Shown: in pieces, positions 1 through 9,786 of the stretch
Position numbering within the stretch: position 1 is the first letter of the stretch
How the letters are laid out: each line of letters begins with the position of its first letter
NCBI GenBank assembly: GCA_963703285.1
Contig: OY969807.1
Span: 1,856,001 to 1,920,000 of the forward strand
Direction: 5' to 3'
From: an uncultured Nitrososphaerota archaeon
GTDB taxonomy: Archaea > Thermoproteota > Nitrososphaeria > Nitrososphaerales > Gagatemarchaeaceae
DNA: 64,000 bases
The notes under the pieces: model-generated
Seen by the model: the letters and a program-made list of their open reading frames with translations, nothing else
Told to the model about the DNA's origin: nothing
Database searches by the model: none
Made by a program: the position numbers and the translations under genes

Positions 1-1633
1 GCCGCTCCTTCAGATGCCTCTCCAGGACCCCGCACGCCATCAGGGTCGCGGAACCGGCGTAGACTATGCTCCGACTCGTAGTCGTTCCGACTCCCAGCGG
101 ACTCGTCGCCGTGTCGCCTAGGCGCAACTCGATGTCGCTCTTCGGGACCTTGAGTCTCCTCGAAATCATCGCAGCCAGAGTCCTCTCGCTACCCTGTCCA
201 GACGGCGCGACCGATGAGAAGAGGCGTAGTTTCCCATCCTGTGTCAGCTCGAGCCGGACCGTCTCGGCCGACGGAGGAGCCGACTCTGCGAGATAGAATG
301 AGATTCCGAACCCGCGAAGGACCTGGCCATTGTCGGACGACGAACGACGAATTATATCCCTCGTGGCCCTGGACTTCGCAGCCGCCTGCAGCACGTCGTC
401 GAACCGAAGCTCCGGGATTGAGAGCCCCAGGGGACTCCTATAGGGGACGGAGCCGCCCCGGATCAGGTTCGCCCTCCTGACCGAGAACTGGTCAAGGCCG
501 AGCCTACCTGCAATGACGTTCAGCACTCGCTCGAGGATGAAGGTAGCCACGGCGTATCCCGAGCCCCTGATCGGTCCCATCATCATCTTGTTGGTGGCCA
601 CCGCCCTCACACGAACCTTCACATCCTTCACGCCGTAGGGACCCGTAATCATCGTCACGAGCTGTTCAATCGGCGTAGATTCATGCCCCACCTTCATCCC
701 CGGCGTCTCTAGGGATGCGCCAGCGGAACCGCCGTAGTAAGCGCCGGCATCCTGGAGCACGTCATCCTTCAGCGCCAGAATCCTCCCCGCTCCGTCGTAT
801 CCGACCTGGACGTCATGGGTCTGGTCCGGGCGGTGCGTAAGCGTTACCAGCTTCTCCCCGGGAAACGGGATCCACTTCACGTTCCTGCGGAGCCTGGCCG
901 AGACGAGGTAGCACGCCAGGTCCTCGGCGTAGGGGAACATCTTGGAGCCGAACGCCCCGCCCACCGCGGTCTGTATCACGCGGACAGGCCCTCCCTCCAC
1001 CAACGAGCGCGAGAGGAACTGGCGGAGAACATGCGGAGATTGGGTCGACGAATACACGACCGTCTCCCCCGGGGCGCGCTCGATCACCATCCCCCTTCCC
1101 TCCATCGGGTAGGGGGACACCCTGGGGAGGCTGAATCTGAGCTCGAGTTTGTGGGGCGACCTCCTAACGACATCGGAGGGTCGTCCCGCTTTGCGTTCCT
1201 GCGCGAAGACGAGGTTGGACGAGGCCGTCGAGAGCCACTTGACCTTCCCTGTAAGGGCCGTGCCTGGGTTGGACACCACGGGGAGCGGCTCATAGGAGAC
1301 TCTCACACAATCCAAGCAGTCCTCAAGCGACTGTTTCTTGGAGGACACGACGGCGGCGACCGGCTGGCCCTGATAGACGACCTCAGAGTCTGCAAGCGGA
1401 TATTCCCGCCACACAGATGGTTTGAGGAGGTCATGCAGTTCAGACCCCCTGAAGACCACGACGGCGCCCTCGATTCTGCTGATCCCTCTCGTGTCAATCT
1501 CTCTGATTCGCGCGTGAGCCAGAGGCGATCTCGCGAAAGCGATGTGGAGCTGGTCCGGGACGTCGATGTCCTCGATGAAGCTAGCCGAGCCAGTGAGGTG
1601 CGATTCGAGGGACTTCTGGGGGAGCTTGGCCAA
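1..1633 (-). CDS. Xanthine dehydrogenase/CoxL-family molybdopterin-binding large subunit (3' end runs off window)
   Basis: Not in ORF track (no stop in window). Manual translation from TTG 1633: LTGSASFIEDIDVPDQLHIAFARSPLAHARI, VGGAFGSK, GPIRGSG, GDTATSPLGVGTTTSRS, all typical Mo-hydroxylase motifs. Confidence 0.85.
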   Translation of the reverse strand, partial: MAKLPQKSLESHLTGSASFIEDIDVPDQLHIAFARSPLAHARIREIDTRGISRIEGAVVVFRGSELHDLLKPSVWREYPLADSEVVYQGQPVAAVVSSKKQSLEDCLDCVRVSYEPLPVVSNPGTALTGKVKWLSTASSNLVFAQERKAGRPSDVVRRSPHKLELRFSLPRVSPYPMEGRGMVIERAPGETVVYSSTQSPHVLRQFLSRSLVEGGPVRVIQTAVGGAFGSKMFPYAEDLACYLVSARLRRNVKWIPFPGEKLVTLTHRPDQTHDVQVGYDGAGRILALKDDVLQDAGAYYGGSAGASLETPGMKVGHESTPIEQLVTMITGPYGVKDVKVRVRAVATNKMMMGPIRGSGYAVATFILERVLNVIAGRLGLDQFSVRRANLIRGGSVPYRSPLGLSIPELRFDDVLQAAAKSRATRDIIRRSSSDNGQVLRGFGISFYLAESAPPSAETVRLELTQDGKLRLFSSVAPSGQGSERTLAAMISRRLKVPKSDIELRLGDTATSPLGVGTTTSRSIVYAGSATLMACGVLERHLKER

Positions 1634-1776
1634 CGGGAAAAGGTGAAGATTGCGCGAAGTTAAGCCTAGGCGGGACAACTGGCACCGGCTCGAAATTGGA
1701 CCAATCGGGTCGGTCTTTGAGCCAGAACCGTTAATATTCACCCGAAAAGGTTCAAGAAATCACGGCGAGCTAGGAT

Positions 1777-3831
1777 TTGGATCTACCCGTCCTATGGCTG
1801 ATAGCCGCTGCGATGGCCGTCTTCACTGCCTGGCTGCTGAAGAGGGGCTCGACCATGAAGACGCTGACGGACGCCGGCATAGTCCTCTTCCTCCTCGTGA
1901 TGATGGCGTCGATGTTCATCAGCACCGTCGTCTACCTCTACATCCCCACCTTCATCACCATCTTCGAGCTCGTGGCCCTGAACATGATCTCGATGTCCAT
2001 CGGGCTCATCCCGATCCTCACCGCCCTCGTCAAGGGAGACAGGCAGCTCGATGAGACGCGCAAGGGCAGCAAGGTGTCCAGCAGGTACATGATCATCGCC
2101 GCCATAATCTGCCTGGCGATACTCTCCGAGGTCTTCATGGGATGGACCTTCGCCATCCTCTCGGGCGCCGCCTCGACCTCGACCCAGAGCGTCTTCTCGG
2201 CGCTCGTCGACTCGATGAGCACGTACTGGTTCATCTTCACGATGGCCTCCGAGATGGCGGTCACGCTCTACCTCGTCGGCAAGAACTTCCCAAGCACCTT
2301 CCGATGGCTGGTCGCCCTCCAGATTTCGATAATGGTTCTCTCGCCGACGGCCATAGCCAACGGCGGGTGGGCTACCTTCGCCCTCGTCGGCAACAGCGCG
2401 GTCATGATTGTCGCCATCATCCTCCTCTTCGAGTACATGTTCAAGAACCGAACCATGCCGCTGGGGGCGTCCAAGTACATCGTCCGCCTGCTGGGGGCGT
2501 ACGCGCTGATGATGGGGGGCCTCTTCGCGTGGCAACTCTACGGCGACGTGCTGCCCTTCGTGCTCTCCATTGTCGCCGAGATGGTAATCTACTTCTCAAT
2601 AGTCCTGGACGAGAAGACCCTGACCTCGCCGCCCCTGGTCAACTGGCAGACCAGGCCTCTCTGGACCTTCGCGATGCTCGGGGGCCTCTTCGTCGCTGAG
2701 TTCTTCATGGGAGGCGTCCTGGACGCGGTGGCGCTCGGGACGGGTTACTTCCTCACGGCACAGCCGTTCACTGCGATTTCGGGCTCCGCGCTGACGGTCG
2801 TGGGGGCCGCGTTCTACGACTTCATCGTCGCCGTGGGGAGCATCACCGCATCCTTCTGGTTCCTGCTCATGATGGGCATCGAGATGGGCGCGCTCGTCGT
2901 CTTCAAGATCAAGTACGCCAGGGAGATGGAGACCAAGCTCAGGCTGGTCCTGGTGATAGTGGCTTACGCCCTCTACACCCTCTTCTTGCCCACGTTCGTC
3001 ATCGGGGGGTCGATGTCCAGCGTCCCGTGGATTGGGTGGAGCATGGGCCTCGGCACGGCGGGCGCTCTGGCTCCGGACGTCATACTCGTCCTCCTGGCGA
3101 CCTACCTCATATCCGGAGGCCTCTCGTTCTTCTTCGGCTCGAGGAACGTCTGCTCGCTCTTCTGCACCGCGGCGCTGATGTACCAGGGTACCACCTACGA
3201 CGCGATGAGCTCGTTCAACAGGACCTCCAAGATAGGTCGTCATCTCCTCACGAGCCGCATCTCCGGCGCCTACAAGGTCGTCGTCTCCCTGGTCTGGGTC
3301 TCGCTCCTCGGCGGCGCCGTGATCTCGTATCTCACCTCAACTGGTTACATAAGCGCCTCGATATTCGGGACCGACCCTAGCTACTTCTTCTTCGTCTTCT
3401 ACTTCTCCTTCCTCTGGTACCTCATCTGGATAATGATTCCGTTCGTCGGGACCTATGGCTGCGCCACGACCGGCATGTGCGGCTGGGGGTCCTTCAACCA
3501 GCTCATATCCAGATTCGGCCTCTTCAGGCTGAAGGTCAGGGACAGTAACATTTGCGTCAATTGCAAGACCAAGGACTGCGCCAGGGTCTGCCCGGTGGGG
3601 CTGACCGACCTGCCCGGCGCCTTCATCGACAAGGGCGAGTTCAGGAGCTTCAAGTGCGTCGGCGTCGGCGACTGCGTCTCGGCCTGCCCCTACGAGAACG
3701 AGTACTTCTTCGACGTCAGGAACTGGGTAAGGAAGAAACTCAACAAGCCGCTTCCCCCTCTGGCAAAGCCGGTGAGGACGGAGCCGATCGAAAGCCCGAT
3801 TGTTTTCGGCGGTCAGGCAAAGACAGATTAA
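1777..3831 (+). CDS. Polytopic membrane protein with C-terminal 4Fe-4S ferredoxin domain (NapH/CcoG-like Cys pattern)
   Basis: Many hydrophobic segments; CSLFC, CATTGMC, CVNCKTKDCARVCP and CVGVGDCVSACP motifs. Confidence 0.75.
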   Translation: MDLPVLWLIAAAMAVFTAWLLKRGSTMKTLTDAGIVLFLLVMMASMFISTVVYLYIPTFITIFELVALNMISMSIGLIPILTALVKGDRQLDETRKGSKVSSRYMIIAAIICLAILSEVFMGWTFAILSGAASTSTQSVFSALVDSMSTYWFIFTMASEMAVTLYLVGKNFPSTFRWLVALQISIMVLSPTAIANGGWATFALVGNSAVMIVAIILLFEYMFKNRTMPLGASKYIVRLLGAYALMMGGLFAWQLYGDVLPFVLSIVAEMVIYFSIVLDEKTLTSPPLVNWQTRPLWTFAMLGGLFVAEFFMGGVLDAVALGTGYFLTAQPFTAISGSALTVVGAAFYDFIVAVGSITASFWFLLMMGIEMGALVVFKIKYAREMETKLRLVLVIVAYALYTLFLPTFVIGGSMSSVPWIGWSMGLGTAGALAPDVILVLLATYLISGGLSFFFGSRNVCSLFCTAALMYQGTTYDAMSSFNRTSKIGRHLLTSRISGAYKVVVSLVWVSLLGGAVISYLTSTGYISASIFGTDPSYFFFVFYFSFLWYLIWIMIPFVGTYGCATTGMCGWGSFNQLISRFGLFRLKVRDSNICVNCKTKDCARVCPVGLTDLPGAFIDKGEFRSFKCVGVGDCVSACPYENEYFFDVRNWVRKKLNKPLPPLAKPVRTEPIESPIVFGGQAKTD

Positions 3832-3898
3832 GGATTCGTCGTCGCGAGTCGTGCCATGAGGCCCTGTCGGGGCGGCTGAGTGGGGCGGGAAGGCATCT

Positions 3899-4987
3899 TT
3901 GTCCTACCTGATCTACTACCTAGTGCCCACAGCTTTCCTGATGGTAGCTTTCATCAGTTGGGTGATTACGAAGACCACCAAGGCGCGCACCGGCATCGAC
4001 AACACCGTTCTCCTGCTCCTACTCGTCATGATGGTGGCCATGCTCGTCGGCCCGGCCTACCTCTACCTGACGACGCTCGGTTTCACCCTGGGCGACGTCG
4101 CCATCTGGGAGATTGCAGTCTTCATGAGCGTCGGCATGATGCCCATAGGCGTCCTCCTCTTTGCGCAGTTCTGGATGGAGGGGGACACCGATAGGAAGGG
4201 ACCCCTCCCTCTCTCGAACCTGCTCCCGCACGTCACGGGGCTCAGGGCCGCGTACATAGTCCTCCTGCTGCTCAGCGAGCTCCTCATGGGTTGGACGTTC
4301 AACCTAGCCTCGGGCTTCATCTCCCTCTCAGCCGGCTACTCGCTCGCCGCCGTCGAGCGTGAGTTCAGCTACAGCGTCACCACGTCGTGGTTCGTCTTCA
4401 CGATGGCCGGGGAGATGGTCCTGACCCTCTTCGCTTTCCGCAAGAGCGTGCGCCGGGACCTCATGGCCGTGCTCTGCCTGCAGACCGCCGTGATGTTCCT
4501 GACGCCCACTGCGTTCCAGTCGCGGTCCTGGGAGACGTACACGCTCTACCTCGATGCCGCCGTGATGCTGGGCGTCGTCGGTTTCGCCATCTACTACCTC
4601 CGTGGGGGGAAGGAGCACGACCGCGCTCTCCTGAACTATCTCGCGCTCTTCATTGTCGCCAACGCCGTCATGATGGGGGGTTTCCTGCTGTGGCTGGTCT
4701 CCGGCGACACGCTGCTGCTGGCCCTGTCTCTGGTGGCGGAGACGGCCATATACTTCGACGCGGTCCTGACCGGAGCGGGCTTCGGCGGAACCTTCGGTCT
4801 CCCCCGCCCCAACCCGAGAGAGTCGGAACCTCAGACATCGCCACCTGTCTCCTTCACGGGGGGTCCGACACAGACCGGCGGGCTAGAGCCTCAACCGGGT
4901 GCGACGGCAGGAAGGATCGGCCCCTTCGCCTCACCCGACAGTCTCAGGTTCGCCGTCATCTTGCCGACCGAGTGCAGGTTCAGGTAG
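3899..4987 (+). CDS. Membrane protein paralogous to the N-terminal part of the upstream ferredoxin-membrane protein
   Basis: LSELLMGWTF and WFVFTMAGEM match LSEVFMGWTF and WFIFTMASEM of 1777-3831. Confidence 0.7.
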   Translation: MSYLIYYLVPTAFLMVAFISWVITKTTKARTGIDNTVLLLLLVMMVAMLVGPAYLYLTTLGFTLGDVAIWEIAVFMSVGMMPIGVLLFAQFWMEGDTDRKGPLPLSNLLPHVTGLRAAYIVLLLLSELLMGWTFNLASGFISLSAGYSLAAVEREFSYSVTTSWFVFTMAGEMVLTLFAFRKSVRRDLMAVLCLQTAVMFLTPTAFQSRSWETYTLYLDAAVMLGVVGFAIYYLRGGKEHDRALLNYLALFIVANAVMMGGFLLWLVSGDTLLLALSLVAETAIYFDAVLTGAGFGGTFGLPRPNPRESEPQTSPPVSFTGGPTQTGGLEPQPGATAGRIGPFASPDSLRFAVILPTECRFR

Positions 4988-5730
4988 AGTAGGACCACCG
5001 CGAAGGGAGGGAAGAGGAAGTAGGTCGCGTCGTAGACCCAGAGCAGTGACGAAAGTGCGGCGGCCGACGGGACCGCCACCGTGAAGAGCAGCGGGACGCT
5101 GAGGCAACAAGACGCGCCGAAGGCAATCCCGAGGGCCGGGAAGACGATGAGCGACCTCGACTTGGCTCCGAGCGAGCAGGCCTTCCCTAGCTCCCGTGTC
5201 TTCCCTATGTTCGCCACTATCAGGACGTCTATTATGAGTGCTATCACCAGGCTGTAGAGGCTCAGCGTCGTCGTGAAGGCCGGCGGTGTCGTCAGCGTGA
5301 TCCACGGATTGTACCAGAGGGCGAGGATGACATTCACGGCGGTGGGTGGGGTGAAGACCGTGGTGGTGAGCGATACCCCGGCGCCGGTCGTGAAGAAGTG
5401 GCTGCCGTAGAAGGAAGTGAGGATTCCCTCGAGCAGATATCCGTAGAGGAGGATGTGTATGACGAGGTAAACCGCAAAGACGACCACACCGGAGAGCGTC
5501 CGGATGTATCTCCGAAAGTCAGCTACCGCCGAGCGCAGCGGGTAGCTCAGAAGCAGAAAGGCGATGCCATACCAGAAGAGGAACGGGGCGAGGATCTCAG
5601 CCGGGTTCACGGTGACCGAGCCCCAGACGTAGGCGAAGTAGGAAGAGATGACCGCTAGAGCCATGACTGAGAACCCGTGGATTGGGACCGCGAGGCTCCT
5701 GTGCGCCTGACCCTCGACCGTCGTCTTCAT
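4891..5730 (-). CDS. Hypothetical membrane protein with vicinal Cys pair (ASCC)
   Basis: 279-aa ORF with several TM segments, directly downstream of the cupredoxin. Confidence 0.6.
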   Translation of the reverse strand: MKTTVEGQAHRSLAVPIHGFSVMALAVISSYFAYVWGSVTVNPAEILAPFLFWYGIAFLLLSYPLRSAVADFRRYIRTLSGVVVFAVYLVIHILLYGYLLEGILTSFYGSHFFTTGAGVSLTTTVFTPPTAVNVILALWYNPWITLTTPPAFTTTLSLYSLVIALIIDVLIVANIGKTRELGKACSLGAKSRSLIVFPALGIAFGASCCLSVPLLFTVAVPSAAALSSLLWVYDATYFLFPPFAVVLLYLNLHSVGKMTANLRLSGEAKGPILPAVAPG

Positions 5731-5779
5731 GGTATTCCCTCGGGCGACGAGCTACAATATGACCCTGTCGACAACACCC

Positions 5780-6268
5780 CTAGGTCACGACCCTGAGCTG
5801 CCCGAACTGCATGAAGAAGTGGATGGCGCAGGGGATGGCGCAGTAGATCTGGAAGTTCCCCGCCTTGGTCGCCACGAAGGTGAAGTTGACGACCTCGCCC
5901 GGCGCTATCACGTTGATCTTGCTGTCCACGTAGTTCTGTATCTGGAAGCCGTGCGCCTCGTCGCCCACGTTGCAGACCTCGATGCTCACCGTCTGGCCCT
6001 CCTGCACGGTGATTACGGGCCAGGGTTTCGAGAGCCCGGCACCCTCGATGATGCTGTCGTTGTAGCCGTACTCGCTCTGCAGGACGAGGAACCCATTCGC
6101 GGGCCTCACGCAGCCCGTCGGGAGGATGACCTGGGTGGTCGTCGCGAGGCTGTTGGCCCTGTCACCGAATGCCACGCCGAGTCCCAGCACCGTCGCGACC
6201 GAGGCCACGGCGAGAATCGTCGCCGCGGCTAGAACCATAGTGGGGTTTCTCGATTTCATGAGTGTCAA
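5780..6268 (-). CDS. Membrane-anchored cupredoxin-domain protein
   Basis: N-terminal TM helix; HGF motif plus CAIPCAIHFFM (CuA-like Cx3Cx2Hx2M). Confidence 0.8.
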   Translation of the reverse strand: MTLMKSRNPTMVLAAATILAVASVATVLGLGVAFGDRANSLATTTQVILPTGCVRPANGFLVLQSEYGYNDSIIEGAGLSKPWPVITVQEGQTVSIEVCNVGDEAHGFQIQNYVDSKINVIAPGEVVNFTFVATKAGNFQIYCAIPCAIHFFMQFGQLRVVT

Positions 6269-6476
6269 CCTGAGGTCAGGGCGATATGGTCGGACCTCTA
6301 CTCTTGCCCACGCACCGGTGGGCGCACCGCAAGATTCGCTGATTCATCGCCGCGATTACCGGGAAAGGCCCCCCATCGAGGCTCTAATCCTTTATGGCTC
6401 AAATCACACGAGGATTCGCAGGCCTCGCTCCGGCGCGTGCGGCGTCAGCACCACCATGCCGCGAGTGGGAAGCTCC

Positions 6477-6800
6477 CTAGCGGTTCATCTCTGCCTGGAT
6501 GAGCTCGGAGAGCTTCTGGAAGTAGAGCCTCGTCGCCAGGGGCATCGCCTCCAGGTTCCCGTCAATCGCCTCCAGCACGTATCCGACGGCCCTCCTCGAC
6601 GTCCTGAACTCGAACTTCATCGGCAGTATTTCGTTCTGGATCACCTGAATGCTTTCCCTGAGTTGGTCGGGGGCCCTAGCCCTGGCCTGGGCCTCGATGC
6701 GCTGGTACCATCCGGCGAGGACGGTCGGGTCCAGACCGAGCTTCAGGTTGTCTATCTCCCTGACGAGCCTCTCGATTAGCCTTGTCTCTTCGTCCGCCAT
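6477..6800 (-). CDS. Hypothetical protein
   Basis: 107-aa ORF abutting the upstream gene; protein-like composition. Confidence 0.6.
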   Translation of the reverse strand: MADEETRLIERLVREIDNLKLGLDPTVLAGWYQRIEAQARARAPDQLRESIQVIQNEILPMKFEFRTSRRAVGYVLEAIDGNLEAMPLATRLYFQKLSELIQAEMNR

Positions 6801-7214
6801 TCAGCTGCACTTCGACTGGAAGATCTCCGTCTTCTCATACTCGGCTTCCCAGGCGTGCGTGCTGTTCCTTGCCCTTCTTAACGCTAGGAGAGTGTACCCA
6901 TCGGGCTGCTCCGCCACAGCCCTCTGGAAGATAGCCTGCATCGGCTCCCTCTCCTCGTCGTAGTTCCTGATTATGTGCTGCCTGTATTTCTCTATCTCCT
7001 TCATATGGTCCTTCAAACAGAGTGTCCTGCCCTGGAACCGCGACGACGTCAGCCTCTTGACCTCATCGCCGCAGACCTCACACCTAACCTTCTCCATCCC
7101 GCACGTCATGCAGATCCTCCCGACCCCGATCACCAACGGGAAGCTGCCCGCCGTCTGCTCCGCCTTCCCGCAGACCGCGCACTTGGCTGGGGTCTTGGAA
7201 CCGAGGTGCTGCAT
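6801..7214 (-). CDS. Small Zn-finger protein (several CxxC motifs)
   Basis: CAVC, CMTC, CEVC, CLKDH; ATG 7214 chosen to avoid overlap with the HAD gene. Confidence 0.6.
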   Translation of the reverse strand: MQHLGSKTPAKCAVCGKAEQTAGSFPLVIGVGRICMTCGMEKVRCEVCGDEVKRLTSSRFQGRTLCLKDHMKEIEKYRQHIIRNYDEEREPMQAIFQRAVAEQPDGYTLLALRRARNSTHAWEAEYEKTEIFQSKCS

Positions 7215-7255
7215 GTCCCGGCGATGCCCCTGCTGCTTAATACGGTTTCGACGCG

Positions 7256-8032
7256 CTATATCAGGTCCGCCAGCTCGTCCACGCTGTCGATGACCCAGGT
7301 GGCCTTGGTCTTCGTCTTTCCATCGTGGACCCCCGTCAGCACGAGGACAGAATCGATTCCGGACCTGTGCGCCCCCTCGATATCCGTGTCCTCCTGATCT
7401 CCTATCATCACGGTTTCGCGCTTCGTGCACCCCGTCCGCTTCATCGCGACCTCGAACATTTGCTTGGAAGGTTTCCCGACCGAGTACCCCCTCTTCCCCG
7501 AGCCATACTCAACCGCCTTCAGGATTGGCCCGACGGTTATAGCAGGACCAGTCCTCGACATGTAGAGGGCCGCCGAGTGGCACGCGACGATGGCCGCACC
7601 ACGCCTGGCCAGCAGGACCGCCCTGTTGAGCTTCGCGTAGGTGACTTTCCGGTCCAGGCCTATGGCGACGACATCGGCTCTGTCGCCGCGGGTCCGTTTC
7701 AGCCCGAGGCTGTCCAGCTCCTCTGCGAAACCCGACTCTCCAACGAGGAAGTAGGTCGCTCCGCGGTAAGTATCAGCTATGTACTCCGCCGTCGCCCTTG
7801 CGCTCGTGAGCAACTCGTCCCTCTCCACCAGTATCTGCTGGGAACCCAGGCGCCTCAGCACGGTCTGGACCGAGTCGGTGGAGTTGTTGGTGACTATGCG
7901 CAGCTTCTTCCCCTGGGTCCTGATTTTCTCGAAGATCCTTGTGCCGCCGATCTTGACCGGGCTTTCCTTCCCCTTCAGCAGCACTCCGTCGAGGTCGAAG
8001 AGAAAGAGCTTCTTCCCAGTTAGGTCAATCAT
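7256..8032 (-). CDS. HAD-IIA family hydrolase (NagD-like)
   Basis: FDLDGVL, TNNS, GKP and MIGDQEDTDI motifs. Confidence 0.9.
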   Translation of the reverse strand: MIDLTGKKLFLFDLDGVLLKGKESPVKIGGTRIFEKIRTQGKKLRIVTNNSTDSVQTVLRRLGSQQILVERDELLTSARATAEYIADTYRGATYFLVGESGFAEELDSLGLKRTRGDRADVVAIGLDRKVTYAKLNRAVLLARRGAAIVACHSAALYMSRTGPAITVGPILKAVEYGSGKRGYSVGKPSKQMFEVAMKRTGCTKRETVMIGDQEDTDIEGAHRSGIDSVLVLTGVHDGKTKTKATWVIDSVDELADLI

Positions 8033-8119
8033 CCGAGGCGCGTCGCAGTCTCGTGGATAATTAGATTGCGGGGCTAAACGTCTAAATATCCACACGGAGG
8101 GCCGGGAATCGAACAAAGG

Positions 8120-8431
8120 ATGACGCAGTACGCGCGAATCAAGCTCACCAGCTCCAACCTAGAGCAGCTCGACAGGCTGGCCAAGGAGATCAAAGACATC
8201 ACCGAGAAGACCGGCGTCAAGATCAAGGGACCCCAGCCCCTCCCGACTAAGAGGCTCAAAATCACGACCAGGAAGGCCCCTACCGGCGAAGGGACCCACA
8301 CGTTCGACCACTGGCAGCTCCGGATTCACCGCAGGATCATGGACATCGAGCCCGACGACAGGACGATGAAGCAGATCACCAAGCTCCGGATACCCGAAGA
8401 CGTGAAGATAGAACTCACGCTTACGAGCTAG
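8120..8431 (+). CDS. rpsJ: 30S ribosomal protein S10 (uS10), archaeal type
   Basis: ARIKLTS...GPQPLPTKRLKITTRKAPTGEGTHTFDHWQLRIHRR. Confidence 0.97.
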   Translation: MTQYARIKLTSSNLEQLDRLAKEIKDITEKTGVKIKGPQPLPTKRLKITTRKAPTGEGTHTFDHWQLRIHRRIMDIEPDDRTMKQITKLRIPEDVKIELTLTS

Positions 8432-9314
8432 ACCGCATCCAGTCGGCCGTCCTCCTCAGTCCGGTTTCCAGGTCGAGTTCATACTCGTAACCCAGAAGCC
8501 TCTTAATCTTCTCGGTAGAGGGATAGCTCACCTGCGGCTCCGATTCCGACTCGCTCCTCGGAGGGAGCATCTGCAGCTCTGACCTGGAGCCAGTCAGCTC
8601 CTTTATCGTCTCGGCCAGCTGCCTGATCGTGACCGTCCTCTCGCCCGCGAAGTTGAAGGCCTGCCCGATGGCGGAGTCCTTCTCGATCAGGTTGGCGACG
8701 AGCCGCCCATAGTTCACGGCGTGCGAGGGTGCGGTGGTGTCACGTCCGGAGTTGAAGAGCTTGATCGGCTCGTTGCGCAGGCAGGAGGAGATGAACCGCG
8801 GCACCGCCCTGTTGGGCGCGTCGTACTCCCCGAAGAGAAGCCAGGCCCTCGTTATCGAGACGGGCAGCCCCTTCGCGCGGTTGTACCCCATCACGAACGA
8901 TTCCCCCGCCACCTTGGAGTAGTCGTAGGGGACCCTGGGGCTGAACCTCGCCTCCTCGGTGACGGGGTTATCCTTCGGGGCGCCATAGACGTTCGCCGAG
9001 CTGGCATAGACGACTCTCCTGACGTTCTTCCGCAGGGCGAGCTCCAGGACGTTGAGGGTGCCGTAGCTGTTGACCTCGAAGGCCCCGTAGGGGTCCTCGA
9101 CCGTCTTGCGGAGGTCCGCTATCCCGGCAAGGTGCACCACCGCCTCGAAGTCGAGCCTCCCGAGCTCGTTCAGGACGAAGGACCGGTCGGTCACGCTCCC
9201 CGCGTTCGGGCCGCCCGCTACGTCCGTCGGAATCGGCTCATGGCCGTGGGAGGAGAAGTACCGCATGACGTGCTTCGCCACGAACCCGGATGCGCCGGTG
9301 ACTAGGACCTTCAC
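8421..9314 (-). CDS. NAD-dependent epimerase/dehydratase
   Basis: VLVTGASGFVA, HLAG, SSANVYG and YDYSK extended-SDR motifs. Confidence 0.9.
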   Translation of the reverse strand: MKVLVTGASGFVAKHVMRYFSSHGHEPIPTDVAGGPNAGSVTDRSFVLNELGRLDFEAVVHLAGIADLRKTVEDPYGAFEVNSYGTLNVLELALRKNVRRVVYASSANVYGAPKDNPVTEEARFSPRVPYDYSKVAGESFVMGYNRAKGLPVSITRAWLLFGEYDAPNRAVPRFISSCLRNEPIKLFNSGRDTTAPSHAVNYGRLVANLIEKDSAIGQAFNFAGERTVTIRQLAETIKELTGSRSELQMLPPRSESESEPQVSYPSTEKIKRLLGYEYELDLETGLRRTADWMRSSS

Positions 9315-9365
9315 GGCCCGGAGGGGCGGGTCGTTTGTTATTTAAAAAAACCGTGAGCGTCGTCC

Positions 9366-9746
9366 TCACAGCAGCGACTGCCTGTAGGAGTCGACGAAGG
9401 GCGGGTCAATGACTCCGGAGACGAGCCTCTCCCTCCCCTCCGTGTCCAGGACCGGCATGGCGGTCGCGTGATAGGGGAGGTCGAGAGCATCCAGCTTCGT
9501 GTCGTCCTCGGTCTCGGCCACCTTGACGCAGCTTCCGCCCCCCAGCTGGTAGTGGTACAGCCTGACGATTCTCCTCTCCCCGAAGCCTCCTCCCCTGCCT
9601 CCTGCGGCGGTCGAGCCGTCGGGTAGCTGGAGCACGTAGACGGTGTTGGGCGTCGCGGGATCCCTCAGGTCTATCGGCCTCTCCGCCACGTAGACCCTCC
9701 TTCCCTTTCCCGTGACGAGCTCGAGAAGCTCGGAGAGTCCGTCCAT
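9366..9746 (-). CDS. Hypothetical protein
   Basis: 126-aa ORF with a TATA-like element upstream. Confidence 0.55.
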   Translation of the reverse strand: MDGLSELLELVTGKGRRVYVAERPIDLRDPATPNTVYVLQLPDGSTAAGGRGGGFGERRIVRLYHYQLGGGSCVKVAETEDDTKLDALDLPYHATAMPVLDTEGRERLVSGVIDPPFVDSYRQSLL

Positions 9747-9786
9747 GTTCGATCTGACGGGTGGACCTTGGTTTAAGGTTGCGGCG

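Noticed and set aside
1-1633. Aerobic CO dehydrogenase (form I coxL)
   Set aside because: Lacks the AYxCSFR signature.
815-1663. 282-aa plus-strand ORF and the many other long overlapping ORFs (e.g. 9712-10785, 23518-24885, 45215-46654, 47075-48604)
   Set aside because: Shadow frames of real genes in high-GC DNA; Arg/Pro/Gly-rich with no motifs.
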